In this document: positions 38,747 to 42,342 of the stretch, in pieces
Layout: every line of letters starts with the position of its first letter
Numbering within the stretch: position 1 is the first letter of the stretch
Virus record (IMG/VR): IMGVR_UViG_3300013122_000002
Span: 1 to 42,342 of that record
Length of the DNA: 42,342 nt
Reading direction: 5' to 3' (one strand)
Source of the DNA: a virus
The notes under the pieces: model-generated
Seen by the model: only the letters and a program-made list of their open reading frames with translations
Database searches by the model: none
Told to the model about the DNA's origin: nothing
Translations under genes and position numbers: made by a program

Positions 38747-40881
38747 TGGCTCATATTGTAGATGCAATCATGGTAACGCTTGGGCTTGATACATCAAAGT
38801 ATACAGCTCAGGCAGAGAATGCCATTAAGACCGATGCACGGCTCGAAAAAAGCCTAGATGGTGTCGAGAAGAAAGGCGGTGCGGTTTCCAAAAACTTTGA
38901 GGGGCTAGCCAACGCTGTAAAGGGTGCTGCTAAGGTTTTTGCGTCTTTGGCTGCTGCGACAGGTATCATCCGATTTTTGCAAAACGTAGCGGAAGAAACG
39001 CGCCAAGCCAATGAGGAAATGCTAAAGCTTCAATCTTCACTTGGTCTAACTGCTGAAAAAATCAATGGTATGCGTGGTGCGGGTGCTGCTTTAGGCGGTA
39101 CAGCCGAGGGCATGACAAATTCAATGAAAGGCCTTAACAAAGGCATGAATGATTTTGTTGTGAAAGGTGATACTTCCCTGCTTCCATTTATGAACGCACT
39201 AGGCGTTTCAATGGTAGACGGACAAGGAAAACTTCGGGACGTAGACAAGGTGATGCTTGATCTATCTGATTCATTCTCAAAAATGAACAGCGAACAAGCT
39301 TACGCACTCGGTCAAGACATGGGTTTCGATGAGGGAACGATTGCAGCATTGATGCAGGGTCGTGACGCCATGAAAGAAATGTCCGAATATCACGCCAAAA
39401 TGTACACATCATCGAAAGAGGAATTAGCAGCAAGCCGAGAGCTATCCAAGAATCAGGCGCAATTATCTGCACATTGGGCAAGCATGAAATTGATGATCGG
39501 TAATGCGATTATCCCCCTACTTGTAAAGCTAACCAACTTTGCTAAGGCATTTTTTGAGTTTTTACAAGATCATCAAAAGACTGTTAAGAACGTATTTGAA
39601 GCAATGGCATTTGTTTTGGGTGCTGTGCTTATTCCGTTATTTGGCAAAGCATTGATTGCAGCACTAGCATTTATTGCACCGTTTGCTCCATTTATTTTAG
39701 TTGTCACAGCAATAGCCGCTGCATTTACCTTGCTTTATGACGACTACAAAGTATGGGCAGAGGGTGGTCAATCATTATTTGATTGGGGTAAATTCTCCGA
39801 CCTTATTGACGGTGCAAAACTTTCCGTTGAAAGCTTGACCAAAGGTTTTGGAGAGCTTGCCGATAAAGTAATGGCTGAGGTTATCCCTACACTCAAAGGC
39901 TATGCGTCAATCATTCAGAAGCTATTTAGCGGTGACTTTGCAGGAGCATCGGCAGAAGCTAAAGAAATGTTTGCTGAGTTTGGTTCGCGTGCTAAGGATG
40001 CTATTAGCCCTGCATGGAATAAAGCTGCTGACTTTATGTTAGGTGGTGCGTTTAAGATGGGCGACAACCAATCCCCTGCTGTTGGTGGTGGCTCATTCAA
40101 GAAATCAAACCACGGTAGCACCTTAGCACTAAGCGAAAGCGATATTATTGATATTATGAAAGTAACATCAACAGAGGTTGTCTCAGGGCTTAAAAACGGG
40201 AATAGCGAAAAGCAAGCAGCGGGTGTAATTGATACTATTCTTAACCGAGCTGCGTCAGGGAAATTTGGCAAAGGGGTGCGTGGTGTTGCAAATCAGCGTT
40301 GGGCGTTTTCCGCTATTAATGCGCCACGAAAAGGAGCTTATGGAAGTGTGCAAAATGTTCCTATGGATAAAGTATCACCTAGTATGCAGGCTTTTGTGCG
40401 CGACTACTTGAGAAAACGCGCCGAGGGAATGCCATCGAGTGTTGGTGAAAACTTATCTTATGCAAATCCAAATTATTTAGGGGAAGCTAGTTCAGCCACT
40501 AAAAAATGGGTTGCAGAGGTTGAAAAACAAGCCAAAGCGTCAGGTCAGATTTTCGGCTCAGGAAAAGCTATTCATGTTCATGGAACACCATCGGCAGACC
40601 GCAGCAAGATGCCCTCTCCATTCAATGTGGCTATTCCAGATCAACCATCCAACCTACAACAAGGCGCAGCACAAGCACAAGGCATGGTTCAGCAAAGCGC
40701 TACACCAAGAAAGCTTTATAACAGCAAAGGTCTACAATCCGATATGCAAAGCCGCTCAGTTGATGTGAAAATGGGTGACTTGAATATCTATACAACAGCT
40801 TCAAGCGTGTCGGGCATTACTTCCGATGCAATGCGTGGAGTTGAAGCAAGCCTTAACAATCTTGGCACAAGTATGGCATAA
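38746..40881 (+). CDS. tape measure protein with a C-terminal cell-wall-hydrolase-like domain
   Basis: 711 aa, GTG start. Coiled-coil-type N-terminal half and a hydrophobic block (FVLGAVLIPLFGKALIAALAFIAPFAPFILVV). The stretch AAGVIDTILNRAASGKF...NQRWAFSAIN resembles the SleB/Hydrolase_2 family. Confidence 0.8.
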   Translation: MAHIVDAIMVTLGLDTSKYTAQAENAIKTDARLEKSLDGVEKKGGAVSKNFEGLANAVKGAAKVFASLAAATGIIRFLQNVAEETRQANEEMLKLQSSLGLTAEKINGMRGAGAALGGTAEGMTNSMKGLNKGMNDFVVKGDTSLLPFMNALGVSMVDGQGKLRDVDKVMLDLSDSFSKMNSEQAYALGQDMGFDEGTIAALMQGRDAMKEMSEYHAKMYTSSKEELAASRELSKNQAQLSAHWASMKLMIGNAIIPLLVKLTNFAKAFFEFLQDHQKTVKNVFEAMAFVLGAVLIPLFGKALIAALAFIAPFAPFILVVTAIAAAFTLLYDDYKVWAEGGQSLFDWGKFSDLIDGAKLSVESLTKGFGELADKVMAEVIPTLKGYASIIQKLFSGDFAGASAEAKEMFAEFGSRAKDAISPAWNKAADFMLGGAFKMGDNQSPAVGGGSFKKSNHGSTLALSESDIIDIMKVTSTEVVSGLKNGNSEKQAAGVIDTILNRAASGKFGKGVRGVANQRWAFSAINAPRKGAYGSVQNVPMDKVSPSMQAFVRDYLRKRAEGMPSSVGENLSYANPNYLGEASSATKKWVAEVEKQAKASGQIFGSGKAIHVHGTPSADRSKMPSPFNVAIPDQPSNLQQGAAQAQGMVQQSATPRKLYNSKGLQSDMQSRSVDVKMGDLNIYTTASSVSGITSDAMRGVEASLNNLGTSMA

Positions 40882-40882
40882 T
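40874..40882 (+). promoter_or_regulatory. extended -10 promoter TGGCATAAT of cassette 3
   Basis: Overlaps the tape measure stop codon. Exactly 6 nt lie between the hexamer and G40889. Confidence 0.5.
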
Positions 40883-40888
40883 TAATAC

Positions 40889-40951
40889 GTGGCTAGGGTA
40901 GCTCCCGAAAATCGTGCAACCTACACGACCGCCACGTTAATTTTTTAGGTT
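40889..40951 (+). ncRNA. structured 5' leader RNA, copy 3 of 4
   Basis: P1 GUGGC/GCCAC. J1/2 UA. P2 GGG-UAGCU-CCC. J2/3 GAAAA. P3 UCGUG-CAACCUA-CACGA. J3/1 CC. The L3 loop AACCUA pairs with UAGGUU at 40946-51. Confidence 0.8.
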
Positions 40952-40967
40952 ATTTAAGGTGAATGTT

Positions 40968-41189
40968 ATGACAGTTACGGTAAAAGTTGTTGACATAGAT
41001 AAGATTAAAAAAACAGTAACAATTGAAGCTTGGTGTGATCGTGGAGGGCATAGAGTTATGCGAACCCCATTTAGTTATAAGCAGCAATCAAAGAAATCAA
41101 TTGAGTCAATGTTGAGAAAAGAGCTGAAAGCGTTTCAACAACCAGTATGGGGTGGTTTTTGCGTTCAATTCTATTGCAGCGTTGATTGA
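40968..41189 (+). CDS. hypothetical 73-aa accessory protein (cargo of cassette 3)
   Basis: ATG 40968 lies 6 nt after an AAGGTG SD; GTG 40959 is possible. MTVTVKVVDIDKIKKTVTIEAWCDRGGH.... Confidence 0.6.
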   Translation: MTVTVKVVDIDKIKKTVTIEAWCDRGGHRVMRTPFSYKQQSKKSIESMLRKELKAFQQPVWGGFCVQFYCSVD

Positions 41190-41197
41190 TGTAAACT

Positions 41198-41219
41198 AGC
41201 CCTCAATAGAGGGCTTTTT
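41198..41219 (+). terminator. intrinsic terminator of cassette 3
   Basis: AGCCCTC-AATA-GAGGGCT followed by T5. Confidence 0.75.
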
Positions 41220-41232
41220 AATTGGTGAATTT

Positions 41233-41844
41233 ATGGCAATGGCTGGAATGCCGAGTATCCCCAACTTTAAGGGATTGGTAACTGCGGGTACTGACGCTGC
41301 AATCAACTTAGGTGGCGCAGCATTAATCCGCGCTGTATTCGGTGAAGTATGGGGTTTGGTTAATGAATTTGGCGTGCCGATTCTTTTGTCGGATAGTGTG
41401 AAGAACGTTGACTATACAAACAGCTCAACCATTTCTAAATTCTTGATTGAGAAAGGCTCATTTAGCTCATACAACAAAGTCACCGATCCGCGCTTTTTAT
41501 CGGTTCAGTTGATTAAATGGAAAGGTACAAAGCTTGAGAAATCAGCTTGGTTGGCTCAGCTTGAGCTATACGCAAACAGCACACTTAAATTCCATGTTGT
41601 TACACCTGAATACCTATATCGAAATTACAACATTACGCGCCTTGCCTACATGCGCGACAACACTTCAATTCAGATGATTACAGCGTCTATTGATTTAGAG
41701 GAAGTGCGTGAGGTTCAGCTTGAGTTTGGAACACAAGAAGCCAAAGCAGAGCAAGATAATTCCACGGTTGAGGGTGGAACGGTTCAGCCTAAGGAAGCTA
41801 GTCAATCCATGCTGTCGAAACTTGCAGGGAAATTTAACCTATGA
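41233..41844 (+). CDS. distal tail / baseplate-associated protein
   Basis: 203-aa ORF after the tape measure gene. GGTG SD. The function is positional. Confidence 0.6.
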   Translation: MAMAGMPSIPNFKGLVTAGTDAAINLGGAALIRAVFGEVWGLVNEFGVPILLSDSVKNVDYTNSSTISKFLIEKGSFSSYNKVTDPRFLSVQLIKWKGTKLEKSAWLAQLELYANSTLKFHVVTPEYLYRNYNITRLAYMRDNTSIQMITASIDLEEVREVQLEFGTQEAKAEQDNSTVEGGTVQPKEASQSMLSKLAGKFNL

Positions 41845-42119
41845 CCACACTAGCCATTGACCTACAACAAACAGCCAATCAAAACTTGCAAGTTACACTA
41901 GGTGGGAATGTCTACCGATTGACGCTAAATACCCGACTTGATGAACTTTATATGAGTATTGAAAAAAACGGTGAGCCTGTTATTTATAATCGCATTTGCC
42001 AAAACTTAAACCCAATCGAGGAGGGTTTTGTCTTTGTTGATTTGGATGGCAGCAACAATCCGACTTTCGACCAATTCAATGATCGTTTTGTTTTGACTTG
42101 GACGGATGGGCTTATATAA
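41841..42119 (+). CDS. small tail/baseplate protein
   Basis: 92 aa, ATGA-coupled to the upstream gene. Confidence 0.6.
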   Translation: MTTLAIDLQQTANQNLQVTLGGNVYRLTLNTRLDELYMSIEKNGEPVIYNRICQNLNPIEEGFVFVDLDGSNNPTFDQFNDRFVLTWTDGLI

Positions 42120-42140
42120 GAAATACTGATTATTTTTTAA
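42115..42140 (+). repeat. 5' cassette-boundary repeat (homologous to 34636..34662)
   Basis: TATAAGAAATACTGATTATTTTTTAA. Overlaps the TAA stop of the upstream gene. Confidence 0.85.
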
Positions 42141-42150
42141 TTAAGTAAAT

Positions 42151-42159
42151 TGTTATTAT
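42151..42159 (+). promoter_or_regulatory. extended -10 promoter TGTTATTAT of cassette 4
   Basis: Exactly 6 nt lie between the hexamer and G42166. Confidence 0.55.
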
Positions 42160-42165
42160 TGTTTT

Positions 42166-42226
42166 GTGGCTAGAGTCATTCTCGAAAGCTATGCAACCTA
42201 CATAGTTGCCACATCATATTTTAGGT
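42166..42226 (+). ncRNA. structured 5' leader RNA, copy 4 of 4 (3' end lies in the terminal repeat and equals bases 1-7)
   Basis: P1 GUGGC/GCCAC. J1/2 UA. P2 GAG-UCAUU-CUC. J2/3 GAAAG. P3 CUAUG-CAACCUA-CAUAG. J3/1 UU. The L3 loop ACCUA pairs with UAGGU at 42222-26. Confidence 0.8.
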
Positions 42227-42244
42227 ATCAATGAGGATTGAATT

Positions 42245-42342
42245 ATGGATTCTATGCAAGCATTTGCGAATGGTGAAGCTAATCGAGGAAAGGAGTTAAT
42301 GGTTTTTGATTGGGAAAAAGCCGTTAATCTAATTAATGAAAA
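42245..42342 (+). CDS. 5' part of the same gene as 26..376 (duplicate created by the terminal repeat)
   Basis: Identical sequence to 26-123, truncated by the window end. Confidence 0.9.
   Translation, partial: MDSMQAFANGEANRGKELMVFDWEKAVNLINE

Noticed and set aside
1-42342. tRNA, rRNA, CRISPR arrays, transposases or IS elements
   Set aside because: No cloverleaf-capable segments were found in the few intergenic gaps over 100 nt. There are no regularly spaced direct repeats and no transposase- or integrase-like ORFs. None are reported.

Overview
This window is one complete unit of a tailed dsDNA phage genome. Bases 1-123 are repeated exactly at 42220-42342, so the unit is about 42,219 bp, circular or circularly permuted, and linearised arbitrarily. 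It is A+T-rich and has a contractile-tail (myovirus-type) gene set.

Modules in order:
- Baseplate, spike and two tail fibres (420-6924).
- Lysis cassette (7005-8371).
- Leftward recombination/early operon (8398-11231): DUF551-like protein, dUTPase, SSB, YqaJ-like exonuclease, ERF.
- Divergent early control region (11232-11365).
- Rightward small early genes (11366-12847).
- Leftward VRR-NUC nuclease plus SF2 helicase operon (12862-14869).
- Rightward replication genes (14967-18431).
- About 12 small genes (18560-22930).
- Terminase small and large subunits, portal, Mu-F-like protein, scaffold, capsid and connector genes (22975-33952).
- Neck, sheath, tube, frameshifted chaperone, tape measure and distal tail genes (35277-42119).

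I saw no integrase, CI-type repressor, DNA polymerase, tRNA, rRNA or CRISPR array.

The most interesting signal is a four-copy RNA leader I do not recognise. It is a three-way junction plus pseudoknot, with compensatory changes in every helix. Each copy starts exactly 7 nt after a -10 box and heads an accessory-gene cassette wedged between tail genes (33956-35276, 40874-41225, and 42115 wrapping to 419). Two of these cassettes also share conserved 5' and 3' boundary sequences.

Other notable items:
- A seven-member small-protein family with an AP..ATHY motif.
- Islands of small ORFs inside the head module.
- A T_TTT_TTA -1 frameshift in the tail chaperone gene.
- A tape measure protein carrying a hydrolase-like domain.
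- A perfect consensus sigma70 promoter built on a palindromic TATAAT.

All functional calls come from reading motifs by eye; no searches were run.
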